A stretch of DNA of 64,000 nt, taken from NCBI RefSeq assembly GCF_009914755.1, contig NC_060925.1; one strand, written 5' to 3'. Below the pieces are notes generated by a model. It searched no databases and had not been told where the DNA came from. It worked only from the letters and a program-made list of their open reading frames with translations. Positions within the stretch are counted from its first letter, which is position 1. Each line of letters begins with the position of its first letter. Of the stretch, positions 19,485 through 32,416 are shown in pieces. Source of the stretch: the human T2T-CHM13v2.0 reference genome, Homo sapiens. Position numbers and translations under genes: made by a program.

Positions 19485-21033
19485 TAAATTTAATAATTTT
19501 GAGTTGGCCCATTTATATTTAATAAGGAAAACAGATACTGGATATTGACATTGTAAAATTAAATAATAGTAGTATTCAAAACTGTCTATGACTGGAAATA
19601 TTTAATGGGATTTTATACAATTTGCATTTTGTGTTATACTGTGTTGTGGTTTAAAGTACTATAAAATGTGAAACTCTACATCTGCCCCAACCTTTTCTTC
19701 CTCCTACCTTCAAGGCCAGTGACTGCACTAGGAATCCCAACCTCACTTACTAGGAATTGGGGGTGAGGTTGGGGTAGGAAATAGAGAGAGGAGGAGAAAC
19801 CTTAACCTTCTTTCACTCTCAAATCCCTGAGATCCCCATCCAGAAACATTCCAACTCTCCTTTCACAGTCAAACTCTTCAAAGTGGTTGACACTTCTCCA
19901 TACCTCCTTACTGCCCTCCTAATTTCTTCTCAACCCACTTTATTTTGATTTCTGTTTCTATCATTTCAACATCTCTTCCCAAGTTTACAACTGACTTCCA
20001 TGATATGAATTCCAATAAACACATTTTAAACTTTGTTTTGTAACTCATCATTCATCTTTCATTTCAAGTGTCTCAGCCTCTTTCTTTGTATCTCACACTG
20101 GATGATCCTGGTTTCCTTCACACTTCTCTGCTTGCCTCTTTTCCATCTCCTCTGGAGGTTCTCACATCTCCACCAAACATTTTAAAAACTGGGTGGAGAA
20201 GTATGAGCCTTCACAGGAGATGAAACAGAGTAACACTGTTGGATACATTTAAGATTTCACTGCCCTGTCCTTCAAAGGAACTGGAAACATCAGCACAGGT
20301 CGTATAGCCCACAGGTCACATGGAGAAAGGAAAAGTGACCTTGGAATTCTCAGTCTGGAGAGAAGGAGGTTAGGGGTAGTCTTTTTTGTTTTTTGGTTTT
20401 TCTTTTGGACTTCATTTCCCTATCTGTAAGATAGGACTAGATCCAGATAACCCATATGGGTCTGTGCAGTTGTAGCATGAATCCGTTTTACCATAACACT
20501 GCTTTCCATATCTATCTGTCTTCTCCACCAGATTGTGTGTTGGCCTACCTTTGATACAGTTTTGTATCCTGGTATTTCCCAGCATTGGCAGAGGGACAGT
20601 GCAGAACAGTGAGAGTAGGAACTGGTTCTATGCTTCCTTACTGAAACTTTCCATTGTCTTACCTCCAGGATGTTGACTGGAGAAAATGATGGAACCATGT
20701 GCTAGTGGCCTTTTGCGTGGAACTTACTATGTAAATTCTACTGGTTCCTAAGTCTTTTAACAGCTTGCTCGTCAATGCCCCCAGCAATAACCATAGCAGC
20801 TGCTCCGAATCCCTGCCCCTGCCGTGGCAGAAGATGCCTCAGGATTCTCTAAAAAAAACTCAGGTTATCCAGCATTAGAGATACAATCTGCCTGTTTCCT
20901 CCTCCCATTCTTTCTCTTATGCTTATGTGCTTGTCTTCCCAGTTTAACCCCTTCAAAACCAAAACTACTGTGTTAATTAGGGACAGAATGAAGTGATCAC
21001 TTCCCAACCTTGATGCATCCATAAAAATATCTA

Positions 21034-21152
21034 GGACTACTCAGGAGGCTGAGGTGGGAGGATCACTTGAGCCCAAGAGGTTGAGGCTTCAATAAACTGT
21101 GGTAGCACCACTGTACTCCAGCCTGGGTGACACAACAAGACTGTCTAAAAAA
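21034..21152 (+). mobile_element. Alu monomer / right-arm fragment
   Basis: ctactcaggaggctgaggtgggaggatcacttgagcccaag...gcctgggtgaca. Confidence 0.8.
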
Positions 21153-21735
21153 ATGGCTAGGACTGGCTATCTATGAAGTTTCTGTACCTCGCCCCTTCTG
21201 GCTCATCCATTCTATTCAATGCCCCATTCATCCCCTTCAGCCTCCCCGGCCACGTGTTTTCTCTCTTACTGCCCCTCTCTTAGAATCTTCTATCCTTCCT
21301 ATTAGTGCCACCTCCGTGAGGAAAAACCAACAGACTCCCTATCTTGAGAATAATCATCATTTTACTTTACTCATCTTCTATTTATCTACCTTCCCACCCT
21401 CTAGCTTCTACTTATTCTCTTAATAGAAAAAATTCTTGACCTGGGATATCTCCATTTCTTCATTGTCCACTTGCTTTGTAGGTCATTGCTCTAAATTTCT
21501 CACCCTGCTGTTTCTTAAAACTCCCTGACCCCTGGTATGTCTCCTTAGTTCAAGTGAAATAAATGTTTATAAAACATTTATTGTGTGCCCAGCTCAAAGA
21601 CGGGCTCCAGGCAGAATTCAAGAAATTAAAAAAAAAAAGTTTAAACCATCATGGTGTTTTAAAGCCTAATTAGGAAGATAAGCTGAATATGCAAAGAGAT
21701 ACAGAAGGAAGCTGTACAGGATTTTTTTTAATTCT

Positions 21736-22031
<296 letters not shown>

Positions 22032-22690
22032 CACATAGTATGTGTATATATTTATGGGGTACATGAGATGTTTTGACACAAGGCATGCAATGCATAATAA
22101 TCACATTGGATAAATTGGATTTATTTGTGTTACAAATAATCCAATTATACCCTTTTGTTATTTTTTAAAGTACAATTAAATTGTTATTGACTACAATCAC
22201 CCTGTTATGCTATTAAATACTAGGTCTTATTCGTTCTTCCTATTTTTTTGTTCCTCCACACCCCCAACTGGTAATTATCCTTCTATTCTCTATCTCCATG
22301 AGTTCCATTGTTTTGATTGTTGGATCCCACAAGTGAGAACATGTGATGTTTGTCTTTCTGTGCCTGATTTATTTCACTTAACATAATGACCTCCAGTTCT
22401 ATCCATATTGTTGCAAATGACAGGATCTCATTCTTTTTTATGGCTGAATAGTACTCCATTGTGTATTTACACCACATTTTCTTTATCCATTCATCTGCTG
22501 ATGGACACTTAGGTTGCTTCCAAATTCTGGCTATTGCAAACAGTGCTGCAACAAACATGGGAGTGCAGATATCTCTTTGATATACTGATTTCCTTTCTTT
22601 GTGGTATATATCCTGCAGTGGGATTGCTGGATCATATGGTAGCTCTATTTTTAGTTTTTTGAGGAATCTCCAAACCATTCTCCTAGAATT
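22032..22690 (-). mobile_element. L1MA-like 3' end
   Basis: ORF 22283-22678 is the L1 ORF2 C-terminus (WRFLKKLKIELPYDPAIPL...), followed by 3'UTR. Confidence 0.85.
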
Positions 22691-22941
22691 TCTGATTGTG
22701 GAATGAATGACAAATGAAAACAGGGATGAAATATCAAATGAGAGGCATAAAAACCAAGGCTTTAATTGTTCATGAAATAGATTCCTGTAGGCTGGTGGTT
22801 AAAGAAATATTTGAGAAACAAATTTTTTTTGAGGAACACTTTGACAAGAGCAAAAGACACATAGGGCAGGGGGTGGAGATGGGGGTGGGATTGGGGAAGA
22901 TAGATTCTTCTTGCCTTTTCTATCTCAGTGAAGAGAAACTA

Positions 22942-23391
22942 TGAAAGGAAAATATGCTGGGCCCCCAAATCACTAAGCTAAAGGGAAAATTCAAGCTGTG
23001 AACTGTTTAGGGCAAACCTGCCTCCCATTCTATTCAATGTCGTCCCTCTGCTCAGTGAGATAAATGCATATCTAATTGCCCCCTTTGGAGAGGCTAATCA
23101 GAAACTCAAAAGAATGCAACCATTTGTTTCTCACCTACCTGTGACCTAGAAGCCCCCTCCCTCTGGCAAGTTGTCCCACCTTTCCAGAGTGAACCAATGT
23201 TCATTTTTAGATACGTTGATTGATGTCTCTCTCATGTCTCACTAAAATGTATAAAACCAAGCTGTGCTCTGACAACCTTGGGCACATGTCATCAGTGCCT
23301 CCTGAGGCTGTGTCATGGGTGCGCATCCTCAACCTTGGCAAAATAAACTTTCTAAATTAACTGAGAGCTGTCTCAAATTTTGGGGGTTCAC
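22942..23391 (+). mobile_element. Solo LTR, MER4-family
   Basis: TGaaaggaaaatatgctgggcccccaaatcactaagctaaaggg...aataaactttctaaattaactgag...gggggttcaCA. Confidence 0.75.
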
Positions 23392-23502
23392 ATAACATAG
23401 GGATTGTCCTAGACTTTCCCACTATGCCTACATCCAGTCACCAACTCCCATCAAAAACACACCCCAATATCTCCCCCATTCATTCTTGCTTGCCTGTACC
23501 AC

Positions 23503-24978
23503 TGTTCCTGGACCAAACTGAGGGTCAGGCTGCTTATTCTTGTGACCCAATAATGAGATGAAGATGAACTGGGGAGGAAGAGAGTTTTTATTTCTGTAAC
23601 TGGTTACAGGGAGAAGGCCTAGGAAATATCACCAGACAAACTCAGAATTACAAAGATTTTTCAGAGCTTATGGACCTTCTATAAAACTCTTGGTGGGCTT
23701 TTGTTACGTTCCAGCCTTTGTTTAAGAGTACTGGCTCTATCAGTTTTTAATATGTAACTTAACCATTCAGTCAGTGCTGAAACAGTTGTTACAGAAGCCT
23801 ATGTTAGTGAGACCTGACCTGCCACAATCTCCACTGTCAATTTCTGCATGATTTCTGTCATGCTTGTATATTTAGTCATCATGAGAATTTTAGTGAGATG
23901 GGGTGTAGTGATCTTTCTGGCTACATCCTGATGAGAGGGAGTCACCATTATGGGGCACCGAATGCAGCGCTGGAGTGGAAGAGGTTGACCTGTTCCCAGT
24001 AGTACTCTCTGTTTCAGGGGCTTAGAGGCAACACCTGCTGAAACATAACAATATGTAACAGCAGCACATATAAATAGGTTGCTGCTGTTTTCTTCTGAAG
24101 TTTAAGTTGTCTAGTCTTCAGTTTGCAGGGCTTTAATAAAGCATGGTTTAGGTTTCAGTGAGTTCCAATTAGGAAAAACGGGGAAAAAAGAAAAAAATTG
24201 AAAACATTATCTTGGAGACTTGTAGCCAGAAAAATCAGAATTCAATCCAAACTGTAGAAAATACAAGCCGCTGACCATTGAAAACAGCTCCATCCCAGTG
24301 GCTCCTGGCTGCCTCACCAAATTTGTTCAGACCAAACCGAGGGTCAGGCTGCTTATTCTTGCAGCCCAATAATGAGATGCAGATGAACTGGGGAGGAAGA
24401 GAGCTTTTATTTCTGTAACTGGTTACAGGAAGAAAGCCTGGAGAATATCATCAAACTCAAAATTACAAAGTTTTTTCAGAGATTATATACCTTCTAAGCT
24501 ATATGTCTATGTCTAAGTGTGCACTCATCTAAAGACATATGTGATTAACTTCTTTTAATCTATAACTAAGAGCTGAGTCCTGAAGACCTTCCTCTGGAGC
24601 CTCAGTAAATTTACTTAATCTAAATGGGCCCAGGTGCTGCGGTGATTACCCTTATCTTGTCTCCTGCTAAATCATGGAGGTTTGTGGAGTTCCTTCAGAC
24701 CCCCAATAAACTTGTTTGTGGAGGTCTGGGGAGTTTCTTCAGATTCCCAATAAAACTTGTTTAATCCTAAACGGGTCCTGATAAGAATTCCTTCATTATC
24801 TTGTCATGCTTCAAAGCCCAGGAAAGGCCTAGGCAAAACTCTTGCTGGACTTTTGTTACATTCCAGCCTTTGTATAAGGGCACTGGCTCTATCAGTTTCT
24901 AATATTTAACTTAACCATTCAGCCAATGCTGAAACAGTTGTTATGGAGGCCTGTATTAGTGAGACCTGGCCTGCCACA
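23503..24978 (-). mobile_element. Internally deleted ERV1 provirus (MER51-like): 5' LTR 24324-24978, ~500-bp internal, deleted 3' LTR 23503-23826
   Basis: Two direct-repeat LTRs sharing tgttc..gaccaaac.gagggtcaggctgcttattc and gagacctg.cctgccaca; 4-bp TSD CCAC at 23499-23502 and 24979-24982. Confidence 0.85.
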
Positions 24979-26536
24979 CCACTGCAACACCCCAGTCTGG
25001 GCCACCATCATATCTTATCTGAATATTGCAATAGCATCAGAACTGATCTCCCTAGTTCTAGTCTTACCACTACCTTCCCCATCCCAATTTATTCTCATAA
25101 ATGTTAAGGTCTCAGGACCTAGAGTTAGACTGTCTGACACCATTTTTTACTCTCTGATGTCCTTGGACAAGTTGCATAATCTGTGCCTCAGTTTTCATAC
25201 AGGTATGAAATAATGGTAACATCTACCTTGATTATTATGAGGAAGAAATAACTGAGTACATATAAATCACTTTAGAATTGTACTTGGCACTTAGTGAGGA
25301 TACAAAAACTATTTAGCTGTCCTTATTATATTTCAAGTAGCTTTCAGAATAATCTACTACTTAACTATGTCATTTTCCACCTTAAATCTTTTCAGTGGAT
25401 TCCCATGGCCTTAAGTAAAGCCTGAATTTCTTAACTGGGCCTACCAAGCTCTCATGGTCTGACTTTCACCCTATAGGTGGTCTTAGCACCCATCCTTCTC
25501 TCTGAGACTTGAAGCTCTAGCCATGCTAAAGAGCTCCCACAGTCCACTTAGCTCAGGCCATTTTATGCTCTGTTCATGCACTTTTCCACCATGTAGAATG
25601 CCCTTTCCTACTTTGTCCACATAGAAGACACATTCTGACATTTTAAGACACAGCTCCACTACACCCTAAGCCACATGAAGGCAGGGCCATGTTGATTTTG
25701 TTCAAGGCCACATCTCCAGTGCTCAGGGCAATACATGGCACATGATCACTTCTCAATAAATATTCACTCAGTAAGTGAATGAATGGATAAAAGCATCTCC
25801 TCAGCTACAAAACTTTTTTCACATTTTCTTCTCACCTGCATCCCCGCTAGCCTGGACGGATTTCATTACTGGCTCCTTTGTCTGGCAAGGATATCAGCAT
25901 CACTTTCTGTGATAGCTACCTTAAAAGTACTTAAGCGACCCTTGTCTCCCCAGTGCATTGAGCTCCCAGCATGTGCCCAGCACAGGGGCCTGGGACACAG
26001 TAAATGTTCAACCCATGTTTACTAACTGAGCACATGAGCAAATCAGAGAGCAGTGAATCTCTGGAATCCCACATTGGTGGGCTGCAATGCTATCCTGGGA
26101 TACAGCTCCACAAACTTCTAGACTTTTATCCCCATGGTTCCATGTTCTTAAAATTCATTTATTATTAAGTAATAATAGACTTCCACATCTTAATGGATCA
26201 AAAATATAGATTGCCATACTGAATTATTATAATTTCGGTCAAAGGTTAGTTACCTTGCACTGCCCTGTTTGTAGACAAATGTATGCTTTTCTTTGGGCTG
26301 TGTGTAGGATTGAAGCAGCTACTCATTGGCCTTCATTTCTTGTCTCTTGTGTCTGAGATGGAAGGAGCCATCAGATGAGCATTGGGAGAGGCACAGGCCT
26401 CCTTCTGGGAGTCTCATGGGGCTTATTTCCATCTAGAGGCACCACTATCCAGGTTGATGGGATTTTTTTTGGTATCTCCAATTCCCTGTACTGTAGCCAA
26501 GAAAATTCAATTCAGTAGATATTTGTGCAGGAATGC

Positions 26537-26572
<36 letters not shown>
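26537..26572. repeat. Poly(A) run (~36 nt)
   Basis: Seen directly. Confidence 0.95.
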
Positions 26573-26574
<2 letters not shown>

Positions 26575-27664
26575 AAGGAGGCGCTGCTCTGTTTTTGGCC
26601 TCCAGAATCATATTTTTGAGTTGTAGCAAGTATCAAAAGCCAGTCTTTGGCCAGAATAAATAATTTTCTAAATTCCTTTCTCTCCCATTAGCCTGCCCTG
26701 TTGGAGTAGATTACAGAACTTTATTCTCCACCAGGGATAGCAAAAACACAAGCAATAACATAAGGATATTTTCTACCACATGAAATGGAGGTTGTGGGGA
26801 AAACCCACCTCTTGCAGCCTGGTGGACTGAGGCAAAAAGTGGCAGAGGTCGGGTGGTCAAGAGAGTATCTAATTATCCCCCTCTAGGCTAAAATCCTGGG
26901 ATTGGGGTTTAGATAGAGTGAAAGGAAAGTTGAGAGCACAGGGGATTTTACCTTGCATCTTTTTTTGGAGAAACCAGAGTGAAAATGGCAGTGAAGCAGA
27001 GAAGGCCTGAACTTCAAGCCTCTTCAACACCTTCCAGCCTCTCTTAGGCTCCTAAATATAGTGCAAAAAGTTCCAGAGTTCCTTTGTTACCCATGAAAGC
27101 ACATGGAACGGTGCTGGACAAGGGCAACTGGCCCTGGAGCAGAGGAGTAACTGCATAGAACTGTCCAAGCCTCAGAGGGAGTCACACCACCAGCAAGAAC
27201 CTGGGTGGGAGTAGGTGAGCCAAGGGGTTCCCAGGCTCTGACCCTGCCAAGAGAACTCATTAGAAGGTCACCAACCACACATACTATTCCTCGGTCTCAC
27301 GAAGAACCCAGGGACCAGACCAGGCAAGATATCACAAAGCTGAAGTTTCAGCTCTGGGGCAGAGCATGGATCTGAGGTCTTTGGCCCTACCACCATGCGA
27401 TCATATGAGGGCCATCATACAACCATCATGATTTGGGGGAGGAATAGGGCATAGAGGAATCATATGAAAAGCTGAAATGCCATGAGTTACCCAGAAGAAG
27501 CTGTGTAAGCCAGAGGATTCTGAGACCCTGTCAAATAACAACATCTAGTTGAAGGTTGGAGTTAGGTAGGAGGTAGGGAAGTCTGGGAAAGAAGGAGCTG
27601 AAACACTTGCTGTGTGTGGCTTAATGGAACATGCAAGGGGCCAGGACGAACTTGGTCCAGATGA

Positions 27665-27991
<327 letters not shown>

Positions 27992-28919
27992 CCCTGGAGC
28001 CTGTCTTAATCACTTACCCGCCAAATAAAATCTGGCTCCAGAGAGTGGAGCGTAGGCTTAAGGAATTGGGGGCGGAAGGGCGGGGAAGGTGGGGGAGGGA
28101 CAGTGATAGGGAGAACAGGGAATTGTAGCAGAAATTGGGTTTATTGTTCAGAGCTGTCAATGAACACTTAACATATGCCTGTCTTAGCCTAAATCAATGA
28201 ATAAATGAATGAATAAATAAATGAATGAAATGTGGGCAATGCCTATAAAGATTGCTGGGACAGGGAGGTGGGGGGAGACACCAGCTTGGGAAGTCAGGCC
28301 TGTTAGATCCTAGTTCACCACCTGATACGTTACAAATACTAAAACCATCACTTTCAAATTATTTTTACTACATTTTCCTGTTATCTGTACTCGAGTTTAT
28401 TTATGTTTCTGGCATCTAGAGTCAGCCCTTCATGGGCATGAGACCCAAGCAGCCACACGAGGCTCTGAACCCAGAAGAGCATATGCTCGGTTTAATGGTC
28501 TGTCATCTTAGAATTGTTAATAAAGTTTTTATCCCGCATTTTCATTTTGCACTGAGATTCATAAATTATATAGCAGGCCCTGACTGTACCTGTATAGTGG
28601 AATTACTATATGATGGTACGCTACTGTGCATATCTTCCCCGTTCAGTGTTCAGTGCCCTCGTATCGGCAGCTTGAACTAGCTCATGGTACACGCTGGGAA
28701 TCAGGGTGGGAATCAGTTGTAAACCATTTACCGGAACACCACTAGGCAGGCCACAGGATAAAGGAATAATGATGGTACACCTCCCCCTACCTCTACCACC
28801 TGGGAATTTTGGTAGAATGCCAGAATGGAAAAGAAAATCTCTTGCATAGCCATTTATAATTTGTGATAAGGAAGAAAAACAATGACCTCAGCTTTAGCAT
28901 TATTTTACAATATAAATTC

Positions 28920-29520
28920 AGATCCCGTGACTGAAAACTGTTGGACTTAAAAGAGGACGCTCCAGGAGCGCAAAAGCAGTTGGGCCGAACGAAGCGTGCG
29001 CGCTTTGGTAACCGGCTAGAAATCCCGCACGCGCGCCTGCCTCCTCTCCCCAGGCCTGAGCTGCCCCTCCCACTGCCTTTCCTTCTTCCCGCGAGTCAGA
29101 AGCTTCGCGAGGGCCCAGAGAGGCGGTGGGGTGGGCGACCCTACGCCAGCTCCGGGCGGGAGAAAGCCCACCCTCTCCCGCGCCCCAGGAAACCGCCGGC
29201 GTTCGGCGCTGCGCAGAGCCATGGAATTCTCCTGGCTGGAGACGCGCTGGGCGCGGCCCTTTTACCTGGCGTTCGTGTTCTGCCTGGCCCTGGGGCTGCT
29301 GCAGGCCATTAAGCTGTACCTGCGGAGGCAGCGGCTGCTGCGGGACCTGCGCCCCTTCCCAGCGCCCCCCACCCACTGGTTCCTTGGGCACCAGAAGGTA
29401 GATGGGAGGGAGGAGGGAGGAAGGAGGAGGGAGGGGCGGAGGAGGATGCGGCAGAGGAGCCCAGCCGGCAGAGAGACGCAGCTTTCTTCCATCCCTGGGG
29501 ACCCTCCGGCTTGCACCGGC
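28920..29520 (+). promoter_or_regulatory. CYP4X1: CpG island / promoter and 5'UTR of CYP4X1
   Basis: Sharp rise in GC and CpG content (gcgtgcgcgc, gcacgcgcgcc, ttcgcga), GC-box-like ggggtgggcg and ccgggcggg; spans exon 1. Confidence 0.85.
29221..29397 (+). CDS. CYP4X1: Cytochrome P450 4X1, exon 1 (177 nt coding)
   Basis: gccATGG Kozak; [59 protein letters not shown] = membrane anchor plus proline-rich hinge; donor AAG|gtaga. Confidence 0.98.
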
Positions 29521-30412
29521 CTTTCCAGCCCGGCCTGTGGCTCTTAGCATCATTTTTCCTTGCTCTGGAGAATTGCTTTCCCGCAGCCCCACAGGGAAAG
29601 GTCACAAAAGAGGAAGCTTTGGGGGCTGGGAGAGAGCTATTTAAAGAACCTGAATATGGAAAAAGAAAGCGAGCTGTAACTCAAGTCTGTCTCTCATTGC
29701 TTCACCAAGCCTTCCACATGTGTTGCTTTAAAAATAGCATGTTATTCTAAATAACTTATTAGTTGCAGAAAATATGCAAAATCTATCCCAATCGTTGGCA
29801 CCCTTAGTCCATTTTAACAAGAGAAAATTTTCTTTTCCTAAGATTCTTGTGAAGTAAGGAGCAGCCCCAGCCAGCCACTCGAGAAATACTGATTGATGGA
29901 AATTTGTAAAGGGAGACTGTTAGCTTTTGGTCTCTCCCGTTTTTTAAATCCACTCCCACCCCTAATTAAGGTTTTTATTCATTCAACCGACTCTGAGTGG
30001 CAATTGTGTGATAGGTACTAAGATTACAAAGAGAAGCTAAGTCCCTCCCCTGCACCACCCAAGTCAGGTGCAGACTTAGGCCACAGAGAGAAAATGAAAA
30101 TTTAAGGCAATGGGTGCTTTACTAGAGGCCTAGAGACAAGGGAATATCTGTCGGAGGAAAGTATACATCTCCGCCTAGAGAAGGAAGGAAAGTCTGTGAA
30201 GGGCTGAGCAGAGTCTTAAAGGATGGTTGGGTGGTGTGGGGAAGGCATTCCAGCAGAGCTACTACACGATCCTTTGGTTTCCCCACTTTCTAGTCTTTCT
30301 TATATAAAGCAACCACTTTCAACTCTTTTATCGGTTTCTTCTGGTATTTAAATACTTATTTGTAAAATAGTATTACCATATTGCATCTATTAATTTAATA
30401 AGTTTAGACATC

Positions 30413-30841
30413 TGCTGTGGTTTAGATATGGTTTGTTCGTCCCCACCAAGCCTCATGTTGAAATTTGATTCCCAATGTTGGAGGTGGGATCTGATGGGAG
30501 ATCTTTGGGTCATTGGGATGGATCCCTCATGAATGTCTTGGTGCAGCTGTCTCCTTCATAAGTTCTCACTCTCTTAGTCCCTCTTCAACCCCCAGAACTG
30601 ATTGTTGAAAAGAGCCTGCCACCTCCTCCCCTCTCTCTTCCTGTCTCTCACCATGTGGTCTCTGCACACAACTGCTCCTGTTCACTTCCACTATGAGTGG
30701 AAGCAGTCTGAGATCCTCCGCAGATGCAGATGCCAATGCCATGCTTCTTGTACAGCCTGCAGAATTGTAACCCAAATAATCCTCTTTGTGAATGACCCAG
30801 CCTCAGGTATTCCTTTACAGCAACACAAATGTACTAAGACA
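30413..30841 (+). mobile_element. MaLR MST/MLT1A-type LTR in intron 1
   Basis: tgctgtggtttagatatggtttg...cctcaggtattcctttacagcaacacaaatgtactaagaca. Confidence 0.75.
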
Positions 30842-31445
30842 ACATCCACCTATGAACTTCTTTATGACAGGCAATCACTTACACTTCATATTCCACTGTC
30901 CCAGTAACTATATAGTATTGTATTTTTTAAATAGAAAAACTTCTATTTGTATTATTTTTATTATGCAAATGTTATTTACTGCTGACCTAAATGGTCCTCT
31001 TTCATTTTATTTCTTTTCTCATAGAACTTTTCCCCACCCCCACAGTATTGTTAACTTCTTCCTTTTCTAATCTGCTTCATTTTTCAATATCTGTCACTAT
31101 TTTTTTCCAAATCCTCTAATAGATCTGTCAAACACATCTAAATAATATTTCCAAATATGCAAACATGCCAAATCTGTTCGTTTTTTTGGAGATATTTTTG
31201 CCACAGACCTCTCCTCCTGTTCCAGTCTGGACTGGTTGTTCTTTAAGCTTGGTATGCAGATATTGTTCTAGGACTCCCCATTGATGCTATCCTGTGTTAT
31301 GTATCTCTACTGTCTCATGAATACTATGTCGTCTGTTGTTTTAATTGAATTGTTTTGGCATCCTTGTCAAAAATCAGTTGACCATAAATGTCAAGGTCTA
31401 TTTCTGAGTCTTCAATTCTAATCCATTGATCTATATGTCTATCCT

Positions 31446-31802
31446 AACTCATGGACACAGAGAGTAGAAGGATGGTTACCAAAGGCTGGGAAGGATAGAG
31501 GGGAGCTGGGGGAGGAGGTAGGGACGGTTAATGGGTACAAAAAAAATAGAAAGAATGAATAACACCTACTATTTGATAGCATAGCAGGGTGGCTATAGTC
31601 AATAATAACTGTACACTTTTAAATAAAGAGTGTAATAGGATTGTTTGCAACTCAATGGATAAATGCTTGAGGGGATGGGTACCCCATTCTTCATGATGTG
31701 CCTATTTCACATTGCATGCCTGTATCAAAAACATCTCATTTACTCCATAAATATATACACCTACTATGTATCCACAAATATTAAAAATTATAAATAAATA
31801 AA
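31446..31802 (+). mobile_element. L1MA-like 3' end nested in an older antisense L1
   Basis: ggacacagagagtagaaggatggttacc...cctactatgtatccacaaatattaaaaa. Confidence 0.75.
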
Positions 31803-32019
31803 TTATATAGCTATCCTTATGCTAGTACCACACTGCCTTACTGTTGCTTTGTAGTAAGCTTTGAAATCAGGAAGTATGAGTCCCCCGCACTTTGGTATTT
31901 TCCAAGATTATTTTGGCTGTTTGGAATCCTTGAGTTTCTATACAAATTTTAGACTCAGCCTATCAATTTCTACAAGGAAACCAGCTAGGGTTCTGCTTGG
32001 GATTGCACTGAATCTGTAG

Positions 32020-32416
<397 letters not shown>

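Noticed and set aside
27050-27220. TATA-like taaatata, an ATG and a tag|gtgag donor suggesting an alternative upstream exon
   Set aside because: Short motifs expected by chance; no P450 homology; needs transcript data.
28918-29750. Cluster of overlapping ORFs on both strands (up to 224 aa)
   Set aside because: Stop-codon depletion in the CpG island; only the CYP4X1 frame has homology.
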